NCBI GenBank assembly: GCA_964458995.1
Contig: CAYWKW010000001.1
Coordinates: forward strand, 3,462-67,461
Length of the DNA: 64,000 bases
From: an uncultured bacterium
GTDB taxonomy: Bacteria > Chlamydiota > Chlamydiia > Chlamydiales > SM23-39
Reading direction: 5' to 3'
A program made the position numbers and the translations under genes. Below are positions 9,019 through 16,990 of this stretch, piece by piece (within the stretch, counting starts at the first letter, position 1; every line of letters starts with the position of its first letter). The notes below the pieces were generated by a model. The model had not been told where the DNA came from, did no database searches, and was given only the letters and a program-made list of their open reading frames with translations.

Positions 9019-9273
9019 ATGAGCTTGGCCTATATTGTACATATTCTTTTTGTAGCCTACACGGTGCTTCTCTTTGTGAGGATCGTCACTTCCTGGTTTC
9101 CCCATTGGCAAGCGCACCATCTCGTCCGCTTTGTATCCTTTTACACGGACCCGTACCTCAACCTTTTCCGCCGCCTTCTTCCCCCTTTGGGCGGGGTTTT
9201 AGACATTAGCCCCATTCTGGGCTTTTTTGTGTTGCGCATTCTTGAAATGATTCTACTGAGTTTACTCCAATGA
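9019..9273 (+). CDS. yggT: YggT family membrane protein
   Basis: 84 aa with two TM segments. YggT-like motifs are LLFVRIVTSWFP and DPYLNLFRRLLPPLGGVLDISPILGFFVL. Confidence 0.75.
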   Translation: MSLAYIVHILFVAYTVLLFVRIVTSWFPHWQAHHLVRFVSFYTDPYLNLFRRLLPPLGGVLDISPILGFFVLRILEMILLSLLQ

Positions 9274-10280
9274 CCCCTTTTTTCATTGGGAAAGCCAAAT
9301 TGCCCAACAAAGTTCTTTACGCGCCATTAGCCGGGTGCTCTGACCTCCCTTTTCGAAAAATGTCTTGCCGCTACCGTCCTGGCATTGTCTATTGTGAAAT
9401 GGTCAAAATCGACGCCCTCATCCGGCACGACCCCAACACCTACCGCCTTCTCGACTACGAATCGGACATGCACCCCATCGGGGCCCAACTTTGCGGAAGC
9501 AAGCCCAAAATCGCCGCCGCCGCCGCCCGCATTGTCGAGGACCTCGGCTTCGACGTCATTGATTTCAACTGTGGCTGTCCCGTCGATAAAGTCACCAAAG
9601 ATGGAAGCGGATCTGGGATGCTCAAAACCCCTGAACTCATTGGGGAGACCCTTTCTGCCATCATTGCGGCGGTCAAAATCCCCGTAACCGTCAAAATCCG
9701 CGCCGGCTGGGATGAAAAAAGCATCAATGCCGTTGAGATTACCCGCATTGCTGAGCGAGCCGGCGCCAAAGCCATCGCCATCCATGGCCGTACCCGTGAG
9801 CAAGGCTACAAAGGACGCGCCAACTGGGATTACATTAAGGCCTGCAAAGAGGCGGCCAAAGAAATTCTTGTCATAGGCAATGGGGATGTATTCGACGTCG
9901 AAAGCGCTCTTCGGATGTTTGACTATACCCGGTGCGATGCCGTTCTCGTCTCAAGAGGGACCATGGGGCAGCCCTGGATTGCCTCGGACATTCTTCGCGC
10001 CCTCGACGGGCTCCCCGTCCCCAAGCGATCGGTCCACGACCTAAAAGCCAGCCTCCTGGAACATTTTGAATGCATCATCCGCTATCAACCAGAAAGGCAA
10101 TCGCTCCTCGATATGCGCCGTGTGGGCTGCTGGTACCTAAAACGGCTCCAAGGCGTTAAGGAGCTGCGTGTTCAGCTCAATAAGTCCCTCTCTACCTCTG
10201 AAGTTTTTCAACACCTTGAAAAATTTACCTGGGAAGCGATAGAACTCAATCGGGAACCCATTTTTGCGGCAGAAGAGTGA
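9270..10280 (+). CDS. tRNA-dihydrouridine synthase (Dus family)
   Basis: Motifs LAPLAGCSDLPFRKM, IGAQLCGS, DFNCGCPVDKV and AIHGRTREQGYKGRANWDYI are typical Dus TIM-barrel signatures. A 4-nt overlap joins it to yggT. Confidence 0.85.
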   Translation: MTPFFIGKAKLPNKVLYAPLAGCSDLPFRKMSCRYRPGIVYCEMVKIDALIRHDPNTYRLLDYESDMHPIGAQLCGSKPKIAAAAARIVEDLGFDVIDFNCGCPVDKVTKDGSGSGMLKTPELIGETLSAIIAAVKIPVTVKIRAGWDEKSINAVEITRIAERAGAKAIAIHGRTREQGYKGRANWDYIKACKEAAKEILVIGNGDVFDVESALRMFDYTRCDAVLVSRGTMGQPWIASDILRALDGLPVPKRSVHDLKASLLEHFECIIRYQPERQSLLDMRRVGCWYLKRLQGVKELRVQLNKSLSTSEVFQHLEKFTWEAIELNREPIFAAEE

Positions 10281-10289
10281 TGCAAGAGG

Positions 10290-10775
10290 CTATTCGAAGT
10301 CCGTTAGATCATCCAATCGTTCTTCGAAGATCTTCAACAATCGATTGATATTTTCTTTTGTATCGGCGGCCTCTGCCGCTTTTTTCTTTCTCTTCTTCTT
10401 ATTCAACCAGGAGATAAATTCTTCATTGCCCATTACTTTGGCTTCATGCGATTTAGCATGGCGAGCCAGTCCCTGGTCATTCGTAACAACAACGATCTGT
10501 TTTGGATGGGCCGAGCCTTCAATTTGCTCGACGATATATTCATCGGCGCTCTGCCCTTTTGGAGCGTAGGCCACGATCAATGGACTTGGATAGGAGAGGC
10601 CGCTCTCTTCGCCCCGTCTATGAGCTCCATCGAAGACGAGCATCCCCGAAATTTTTCTCTTTGAGAATTTTTTCTGAAGAGTAGCGATCACCTTTTGTCT
10701 CACCGTTTGAAGGCTCTCCTTCGATTCGATTAGGCTAAAGATCAAGTTGTAGCCATCGATCAAGTAGTGCATCAA
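10290..10775 (-). CDS. NYN-domain (YacP/Rae1-like) predicted RNase
   Basis: MMHYLIDGYNLIF, MLVFDG, SADEYIVEQI and VVVTNDQGL follow the YacP/NYN pattern. The tail is Lys-rich. Confidence 0.7.
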   Translation of the reverse strand: MMHYLIDGYNLIFSLIESKESLQTVRQKVIATLQKKFSKRKISGMLVFDGAHRRGEESGLSYPSPLIVAYAPKGQSADEYIVEQIEGSAHPKQIVVVTNDQGLARHAKSHEAKVMGNEEFISWLNKKKRKKKAAEAADTKENINRLLKIFEERLDDLTDFE

Positions 10776-11404
10776 ACGCTCATCAGAGACTCGAGCGACG
10801 AGAGGATTTTATCCAGGGCTTTTCTTCTATGAGAAATCCGGTTTTTCACCGACTCTCCCAATTCAGCAAAAGTTTTGCTGTAGCCATGTTTAACAAAGAG
10901 AGGATCGTAGCCAAAACCGCCCCCGCCCCGATCTTTTGTCAAAAGCACACCCTCGCAAGTGCCCTTCACACATTTCTTCAACCCTGCGGGCGAAGCCAGA
11001 GCAATTGAGCACTCGAAAAAGGCTTGCCGGTCCTCTTCCATCAGATGCTGCATCTCTTCGAGCAGCTTCTTCCGGTTTTCCAAATCGGTCGCATCGTTGC
11101 CCGCATACCTTGCTGAAAAGACACCTGGCGCTCCGCTCAAAGCAGGCACAACCAAGCCCGAGTCATCGGCCAGAACCCATCGATTCAACACTTTCGCAGC
11201 ATGAACAGCCTTCGTCGTAGCATTTTCCTCAAAAGTCTTCCCCGCTTCTTCAGCCGGAACATATTCGGGAAAATCGGACAAACTAAACAAATCAAATCTG
11301 CCCAATGACTTGAGCATGGTGCGAAATTCCCGCACTTTATGGATATTTGTGCTGGCAATGACGAGTTCAATGGGCGGCGCTGGACTGTTTTTCGAAGAAG
11401 ACAT
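10772..11404 (-). CDS. rdgB: Non-canonical purine NTP pyrophosphatase (dITP/XTP; RdgB/HAM1 family)
   Basis: Motifs LVIASTNIHKVREF, ENATTKA, ADDSGLVVPALSGAPGVFSARY, GGFGYDPLF and SHRRKAL. Confidence 0.85.
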   Translation of the reverse strand: MSSSKNSPAPPIELVIASTNIHKVREFRTMLKSLGRFDLFSLSDFPEYVPAEEAGKTFEENATTKAVHAAKVLNRWVLADDSGLVVPALSGAPGVFSARYAGNDATDLENRKKLLEEMQHLMEEDRQAFFECSIALASPAGLKKCVKGTCEGVLLTKDRGGGGFGYDPLFVKHGYSKTFAELGESVKNRISHRRKALDKILSSLESLMSV

Positions 11405-11574
11405 ACCCCCACAATAATGAATCGATTTTTTCTAATCAAAGCAAATTCCAGCGGCGGGAGGAAAGGTTGCCATTGCTCGTGACTGTCTATCTTACGACTC
11501 GGACTCAGAGAGAGAGGACTCAGGAAAGTGAGCAATATTGACTTGATTATAGGTGCGTTATATAGCTCTGATTT

Positions 11575-12723
11575 ATGGGTGTCAAGCCATTCCAGATTCA
11601 TATTGAGGACAGGGAGCTGAAGGATCTCCAAGAACGGCTCCAGAGGACCCGTTGGCCGGATGAAGTTCAGGGCGCAGGGTGGGAGTATGGAGCTGAGTTG
11701 GCCTATATCAAGAAATTGATTGAATATTGGAAAACTGAATATGATTGGCGCGCAACAGAAAAAAAGCTGAATGCTTACAGACAATTTCGTGTAAATATCG
11801 ATGGGTTGAATCTCCATTTCATTCATGAAAAAGGGAAAGGGAAAAATCCATTCCCTCTGATTATGACCCATGGCTGGCCTAGTTCGTTTGTTGAATTGGT
11901 GAAATTGATTCCCCTATTGACCGATCCAGCCAATCACGGTGGAGATCCGGATGATTCCTTTGATGTCGTGATTCCTTCTTTGCCCGGCTTTGGATTCTCC
12001 GATCGATTCACAAATCGGGGAGGGAATGTTTTTAAAATCGCCGACTTGTGGCAAAAGTTGATGACCCAATCCTTGGGATATCGTCGATTTGGCGCACAGG
12101 GAAGTGATTGGGGCGTTAGCATTTCCGCCCGTTTGGGATTTGCTTACCCCGATCAAGTATCGGGGATCCACGTGACGACTTTAACGGGAGGAACGCCCCA
12201 AATGCCCTACCCGAATACCCGCAAGTTATCGAAGAGTGAGGAGGAGATGATTGAGCGGCGAGATCGTTGGCGGGAAGTACATGGAGGATATGCTCATGTA
12301 CAGCGAAGGGAACCCCAAACCTATGCCTATGGTCTCAATGATTCGCCCGCAGGACTTGCGGCTCTATTGGTGGATAAGTTTCGAAGCTGGAGCGATTGCG
12401 GCGGAAATGTAGAAATGCGCTTTACCAAAGATGAACTGCTCACAAATATCGCTATTTACTGGTTTACCCAAACGATTCATTCTTCGATGCGCATCTACTT
12501 CGAACACAATCAAAGTCCATGGATTCTCGGGCCGGAAGAAAAGATCCAAGTCCCCTGCGCAGTCGTTTCATTTCCCAAAGAGATGAACCGCCCACTTCGA
12601 GAGTGGGCTGATCGATATTACAATGTTCAGAGATGGACCGAATTTTCTTCTGGTGGACACTTTCCTGCCTATGAGGAACCCCAGTTATTGGCTGCAGACA
12701 TCCGCGCATTTTTCCACCGGTGA
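11575..12723 (+). CDS. Epoxide hydrolase (alpha/beta hydrolase with an EHN N-terminal domain)
   Basis: FQIHIEDRELKDLQERLQRTRWPDE, FRVNIDGLNLHFIH, LIMTHGWPSSFVE and GAQGSDWG (nucleophile D) match microsomal-type epoxide hydrolases. Confidence 0.75.
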   Translation: MGVKPFQIHIEDRELKDLQERLQRTRWPDEVQGAGWEYGAELAYIKKLIEYWKTEYDWRATEKKLNAYRQFRVNIDGLNLHFIHEKGKGKNPFPLIMTHGWPSSFVELVKLIPLLTDPANHGGDPDDSFDVVIPSLPGFGFSDRFTNRGGNVFKIADLWQKLMTQSLGYRRFGAQGSDWGVSISARLGFAYPDQVSGIHVTTLTGGTPQMPYPNTRKLSKSEEEMIERRDRWREVHGGYAHVQRREPQTYAYGLNDSPAGLAALLVDKFRSWSDCGGNVEMRFTKDELLTNIAIYWFTQTIHSSMRIYFEHNQSPWILGPEEKIQVPCAVVSFPKEMNRPLREWADRYYNVQRWTEFSSGGHFPAYEEPQLLAADIRAFFHR

Positions 12724-12782
12724 GGCAGCAGGGAGTGCCAGATGTTCTTTTTCTGATGGCGGCATGGACACTAATCGAGAAG

Positions 12783-13109
12783 TCATAAAATCTCCACGAT
12801 CACATCTGTCATAACTGGATGGATATGATAAGTATCCATTTGAAAGAGATTCGGTTCGTCCAACACAACAGCCTGATATTCTGGAGTTTGATAAGCTTTT
12901 TGTTGATCTGTCGCGGATCGGAACCACAATTCTGCAATCCCGTCAATGGGATCATCTACTCCAGCTGGAGAATGGACATGATATTGCACATATTTTAGAA
13001 GGCCGGGAATCTTGGAAATCAGTGGTCCATGAACTGTTTTCCAATAATTTCTAAAGTCTGTAACACTCATTCCTGGTTTGCGCCTGAGAATCACGAAACG
13101 TTTGATCAT
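12783..13109 (-). CDS. EthD domain protein
   Basis: 108 aa. MIKRFVILRRKPGMSVTDFRNYWKTVHGPL and LKYVQYHV resemble the EthD family. Confidence 0.5.
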   Translation of the reverse strand: MIKRFVILRRKPGMSVTDFRNYWKTVHGPLISKIPGLLKYVQYHVHSPAGVDDPIDGIAELWFRSATDQQKAYQTPEYQAVVLDEPNLFQMDTYHIHPVMTDVIVEIL

Positions 13110-13162
13110 TACCGCACTTTCCTACTATACCGGATAATCAATGGATAGCGTTCCATTGAATG

Positions 13163-13324
13163 GATCTCTTTTTTAAGTGCCTAACATTATATATCCTAAT
13201 ATTATGTTGCAAAACATAATGTTTTCTGCACAACAATTTTCTCGCTGAAAAACCCAAACAGCCCTCTCTTCCCCCCGATGTCCGCATCATTGATGATAAA
13301 GAGGTCATCGCCGCTTTGCGCTAA
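13163..13324 (+). pseudogene. Deletion relic of the AAA/DUF234 ATPase gene (5' leader fused to the last ~80 nt of coding sequence)
   Basis: 13163-13235 matches 16895-16970, the leader of the intact gene including the palindrome. 13240-13324 matches 18310-18394 (gaaaaacccaaacag...ccccccgatgtccgcatcat...gcgctaa). About 1.33 kb of coding sequence is missing. Confidence 0.85.
13201..13220. promoter_or_regulatory. Palindromic putative operator (copy in the relic leader)
   Basis: attatgtt-gcaa-aacataat is a perfect 8-bp inverted repeat. It is preceded by the duplicated motif taacattat / taatattat. Confidence 0.35.
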
Positions 13325-13388
13325 AATTTTTATTTGTCTTAAAAATTATTTTTGCTAATCTTCTCGGCTCTTCAACGAGGAGATTCTT

Positions 13389-14882
13389 ATGTCAATTGAT
13401 GCAATCAGCGACTTTGACCCTCTTTCCGAGTGGTTACGAAGCGAAGAGGCGGGCTCTCTGCAAAAGCAACTGGAAGAAAAAATTATTCGACTTCTTTTCA
13501 ACCAGAGCGAGCCCCACTTTTTGCAGATGGCGGCGCAACTCGCCTGGATTGGCGCACGTCCTGAAAACCGGCCTGCGATTCTCAAGGAGGTCATTCAGCT
13601 CTCTCTAGATTCCATCGACCCGTGTAAATGCCGATTTCTGAAGGCGCTAAACAAAGTTGGCCACTTTTTTGTGGAGCACAAAACTGAAATCCTCGTTGGG
13701 ATTGCCGTTGCAGCCACTGGACTCGGCCTAGCTGTTGCAACGGGGTATGCCATCGGTGTAAACGTTTGCGGAGTGGCTGTTGCGGGAGCAGGAGCCGTAA
13801 TCGACCTGAGCAAGGAGGAAAAGCCGCCCATTCCTCCGGTTCCGCCGCTCAGCTCGAAAGCAGAGATCGACCACTATCGGCAAGGCCTGCCCACTTATCA
13901 ACCGCAGCTCAATCTTCCCCCTTCCTCGACAGATCTTTGGGTCACTTCGGAGGGCATTCGGGTCAACGGCCAATTTTATCCAAACGAACTGCTGAACCAA
14001 TCCCACTTTGCCGACACCTACAAAGAGCTTTACCCCACCTTCCCTCCATTGACCGTAACGCCATCGGAACTGCCCTTGAATAATACCACCACCCTTCCCC
14101 CATCGCCATCAACGGAGAAACCCGTTGAAACAAATCCCTTTCCTGCCCCAAATATTCCATCCCATGAAATTCCCCCTGTCATCAGCAGCCGCTACACTCT
14201 TTCAGGCACGAAAAACTTCTCGGGTTACATAGGTTGGATGAATGGGATTAACAACACTTTTGAAGAATCGAAAACCAGCGGCCTATACCTTCAGGGCTTG
14301 GCAGGGGGCCACGCCATTAATGGAATCTACAACTGCTCACATACTCCGCTGGTGGATCTCGTTGAAGCGGGCCTCTTAAATCATCACGGTTCCTCACCCA
14401 TAACGGCGAATCTATTGAGGAAAGAGTGGACTGTTTTCCATGAAACGCACGCAGACAAGCCCAACGACAAGTTGCTCTGGGTTTGCCATAGTCAAGGGGC
14501 GCTTCATGTCAGAAACGCGCTCCTCAATTTGCCTCCCGAAATCCGCAACCGAGTGATTGTGATCGCGATCGCCCCAGCTGCGGTAGTGCCTAAAAGCCTT
14601 TGCTTTAAGTCGTACAATTTCGCAAGTGAAAAAGACATTGTCTACAGGTTCGAACCGGCGCCTCCTTCAGAATGTCGTGTAGTCGATGGTGTAGGAATCC
14701 CTCGAGTAGATCCTCTCCCCGACTATAGGGATGAGCTGATCATTCTACCAGCCCATCCTGGAGCTACAGGCATCGATCATGAATTTCAAAGTCTGACTTA
14801 TCAACCGTCTTTAAATAAGATAATTGACAAGTATTTGAAACAGAATGGAGAATATCTCCCAGAAGATAAAGGAAAAGACTGA
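13389..14882 (+). CDS. Membrane-anchored lipase-like alpha/beta-hydrolase: N-domain, ~38-aa bilobed hydrophobic segment, Pro-rich linker, C-terminal hydrolase-like domain
   Basis: 497 aa. The hydrophobic stretch ILVGIAVAATGLGLAVATGYAIGVNVCGVAVAGAGAVI spans aa 101-138. The Pro-rich linker spans aa 145-265. The C-domain has a nucleophile-elbow-like VCHSQGA (Ser368, nt 14490-14492). Later D (SEKD ~416) and H (GIDHEF 464) fall in Ser-Asp-His order. Family is not recognised. Confidence 0.7.
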   Translation: MSIDAISDFDPLSEWLRSEEAGSLQKQLEEKIIRLLFNQSEPHFLQMAAQLAWIGARPENRPAILKEVIQLSLDSIDPCKCRFLKALNKVGHFFVEHKTEILVGIAVAATGLGLAVATGYAIGVNVCGVAVAGAGAVIDLSKEEKPPIPPVPPLSSKAEIDHYRQGLPTYQPQLNLPPSSTDLWVTSEGIRVNGQFYPNELLNQSHFADTYKELYPTFPPLTVTPSELPLNNTTTLPPSPSTEKPVETNPFPAPNIPSHEIPPVISSRYTLSGTKNFSGYIGWMNGINNTFEESKTSGLYLQGLAGGHAINGIYNCSHTPLVDLVEAGLLNHHGSSPITANLLRKEWTVFHETHADKPNDKLLWVCHSQGALHVRNALLNLPPEIRNRVIVIAIAPAAVVPKSLCFKSYNFASEKDIVYRFEPAPPSECRVVDGVGIPRVDPLPDYRDELIILPAHPGATGIDHEFQSLTYQPSLNKIIDKYLKQNGEYLPEDKGKD

Positions 14883-14884
14883 TA

Positions 14885-15562
14885 ATGAAACCATGGATCT
14901 TTCTCTTGGCGATTTTGATGGCGGCTTGTCATCAATCAGGCATGCTCGATAGAAAAACAGTAGATAAAGAAAAAATCGCTGACATGGTTTTGGGAAAAGT
15001 GGCTTATCAGATGAAACAAGAGGCGAACTTACGTCCTTGTGGAACTATGGGACAAATGATGAATGAAATACAACGCTTGGGATTAGATTTTTTTTATTTC
15101 CAACCTGTAGACATAGTGCAAGGACGTAGATTGGCTGTTCAAGCAGTGGGGGCTATGCTCAACGAAATCAATCAGGAGCCACGCATCCGCCCCTATTTGA
15201 TTCGCTATCCATTTCAACCTCGTAACGTTGAGATTACAATTTTTCTACGCAATCCTGACAATTCTGACCCGCCTCAAGATGCTTTGCAAGTGATTGATGC
15301 CAGTGAAGGGGTGATCCTCTATCAAATACACAATCCTTCTGAAACAGGATACAATTTCGTTACAATCTATAAAGAAACCTATCAAGAAGCTTTAGATAGA
15401 CTGGCCGACCCATCATTGCCTTTGGCTCAATTTGAGCCAGAGCCTGATGAGCTAAGTCCCGAGGAGTGGGCCAGGCTGCGTCGAAATATCGGCTTTGTGT
15501 CCGACGATGGGGCTGTTTACCATCTTGGAGAAGACGGAAAATGGGTAAAAAATTCTCAATAG
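14885..15562 (+). CDS. Lipoprotein, paralog 1 of a 4-member family of unknown function
   Basis: It starts 3 nt after the hydrolase stop (ctgataATG). Lipobox LAILMAAC is present. It shares EANLRPCGTMGQMMNEI, FYFQPVDI, INQEPRIRPYL, IYKETYQEALDRLADPSLPL and EEWARLRRNIGFVSDDGAVYHLGEDGKWVKN with the other copies. Confidence 0.8.
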   Translation: MKPWIFLLAILMAACHQSGMLDRKTVDKEKIADMVLGKVAYQMKQEANLRPCGTMGQMMNEIQRLGLDFFYFQPVDIVQGRRLAVQAVGAMLNEINQEPRIRPYLIRYPFQPRNVEITIFLRNPDNSDPPQDALQVIDASEGVILYQIHNPSETGYNFVTIYKETYQEALDRLADPSLPLAQFEPEPDELSPEEWARLRRNIGFVSDDGAVYHLGEDGKWVKNSQ

Positions 15563-16227
15563 TTTGGATCTTTCTTTTGGCTAGTTTAGTAGTTGGCTGT
15601 AGTCGAACACTCCCCCCAGACCTAAGGATAAGTGAAAAGCAAAAGCTGGCTAATGAAGTCAGAAGAAAAGTTGCAAAACAAATGAAACAAGAGGCGAATT
15701 TACGTCCCTGCGGAACTATGGGGCAAATGATGAACGAGATCGAAGTTTTAGGATTAAGTTTCTTTTACTTTCAGCCTGTAGATATCGCAGAAGGACGTAA
15801 ATTGGCTGTTCAAGCAGTGGAGGCCATGCTCAAGGAAATCAATCAGGAACCACGCATCCGCCCCTATTTGGTTCGCTATCCATTCCAACCTCGTAACGTT
15901 CAGATTACAATCCACTTGCGAAATCCAGACAATTCAGAGCCACCTCAGGAAGCTCTCCAAGTTGTCAGAGCAAGTGAGGGCATGCTTCGTTACAAAATAG
16001 ACGATTCGACGAGAAATGGGTTAATCACAATCTACAAAGAAACGTATCAGGAGGCTTTGGATAGACTGGCAGACCCATCGCTGCCTTTGGTCTCCTTTGA
16101 ACCAGATCGCAAAAAGCTAAGTCCGGAGGAGTGGGCCAGGCTGCGTCGAAATATCGGCTTTGTGTCCGACGATGGGGCTGTTTACCATCTTGGAGAAGAC
16201 GGAAAATGGGTAAAAAATCCTCAATAG
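15541..16227 (+). CDS. Lipoprotein, paralog 2
   Basis: I prefer the start at ATG 15541 (MGKKFSIVWIFLLASLVVGC lipobox). It overlaps the last 22 nt of paralog 1 in another frame. The longer ORF-track start at 15466 would read through the paralog 1 C-terminus out of frame. Confidence 0.8.
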   Translation: MGKKFSIVWIFLLASLVVGCSRTLPPDLRISEKQKLANEVRRKVAKQMKQEANLRPCGTMGQMMNEIEVLGLSFFYFQPVDIAEGRKLAVQAVEAMLKEINQEPRIRPYLVRYPFQPRNVQITIHLRNPDNSEPPQEALQVVRASEGMLRYKIDDSTRNGLITIYKETYQEALDRLADPSLPLVSFEPDRKKLSPEEWARLRRNIGFVSDDGAVYHLGEDGKWVKNPQ

Positions 16228-16892
16228 TTTGGATCTTTCTTTTGGCTAGTTTAGTAGTTGGCTGTAGTCAAACACTTCCTCCGGATGTGAGGGTAAGTGA
16301 AAAACAAAAGTTGGCGAATGAAGTCAGAAGAAAAGTTGCAAGACAAATGAAACAAGAGGCGAATTTACGTCCCTGCGGAACCGTGGGGCAAATGATGAAT
16401 GAGATCGAAGTTTTGGGATTAAGTTTTTTTTACTTCCAGCCTGTTAATATCGCAGAGGGACGAAAATTAGCTATTCAAGCAGTGGAGGCAATGCTTAAAG
16501 AAATCAATCAGGAACCACGCATCCATCCTTATTTGATTTATTATCCTTTTGAACCTCAAAATGTCGAGATTACAATCTTTTTGCGCAACTCGGACAATTC
16601 AGATCTGCCCCAAGACGCTTTGCAGATTATTGTTGCCAGCGAAGGATCTTTACGTTTTAAAATCAACCATCCTGCCAATGGGGGACTTCTGACGATCTAT
16701 AAAGAAACGTATCAGGAGGCTTTGGATAGACTGGCAGATTCATCGCTCCCTTTGGTCCCCTTTGAACCAGATCGCAAAAAGTTAAGTCCGGAAGAATGGG
16801 CCAGGCTGCGTCAAAATATCGGCTTTACATCCGACGACGGGTCTGTTTACCACCTCGGAGAAGATGGGGGTTGGGTAAAAAATCCCCAATAA
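16206..16892 (+). CDS. Lipoprotein, paralog 3
   Basis: The junction architecture matches paralog 2: ATG 16206 lies inside the ...GEDGKWVKNPQ* tail of paralog 2. Lipobox LLASLVVGC is present. This is the most diverged copy. Confidence 0.8.
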   Translation: MGKKSSIVWIFLLASLVVGCSQTLPPDVRVSEKQKLANEVRRKVARQMKQEANLRPCGTVGQMMNEIEVLGLSFFYFQPVNIAEGRKLAIQAVEAMLKEINQEPRIHPYLIYYPFEPQNVEITIFLRNSDNSDLPQDALQIIVASEGSLRFKINHPANGGLLTIYKETYQEALDRLADSSLPLVPFEPDRKKLSPEEWARLRQNIGFTSDDGSVYHLGEDGGWVKNPQ

Positions 16893-16932
16893 TTGGGGTC
16901 TCTTTTTTAAGTGCCTAACATTATACATCCTA

Positions 16933-16956
16933 ACATTATGTTGCAAAACATAATGT
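16933..16956. promoter_or_regulatory. Palindromic putative operator upstream of the ATPase gene
   Basis: acattatgtt-gcaa-aacataatgt is a perfect 10-bp inverted repeat about 35 nt upstream of the ATG at 16991. It is preceded by the direct repeat cctaacattat x2. It is conserved in the relic at 13201-13220. Confidence 0.4.
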
Positions 16957-16990
16957 TTTATTGCATAATAATGGACAGAAGGGAGGCCTT

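Noticed and set aside
11185-11871. 228-aa minus-strand ORF bridging rdgB and the epoxide hydrolase gene.
   Set aside because: It overlaps two well-supported genes in other frames or on the other strand, and its composition is not protein-like.
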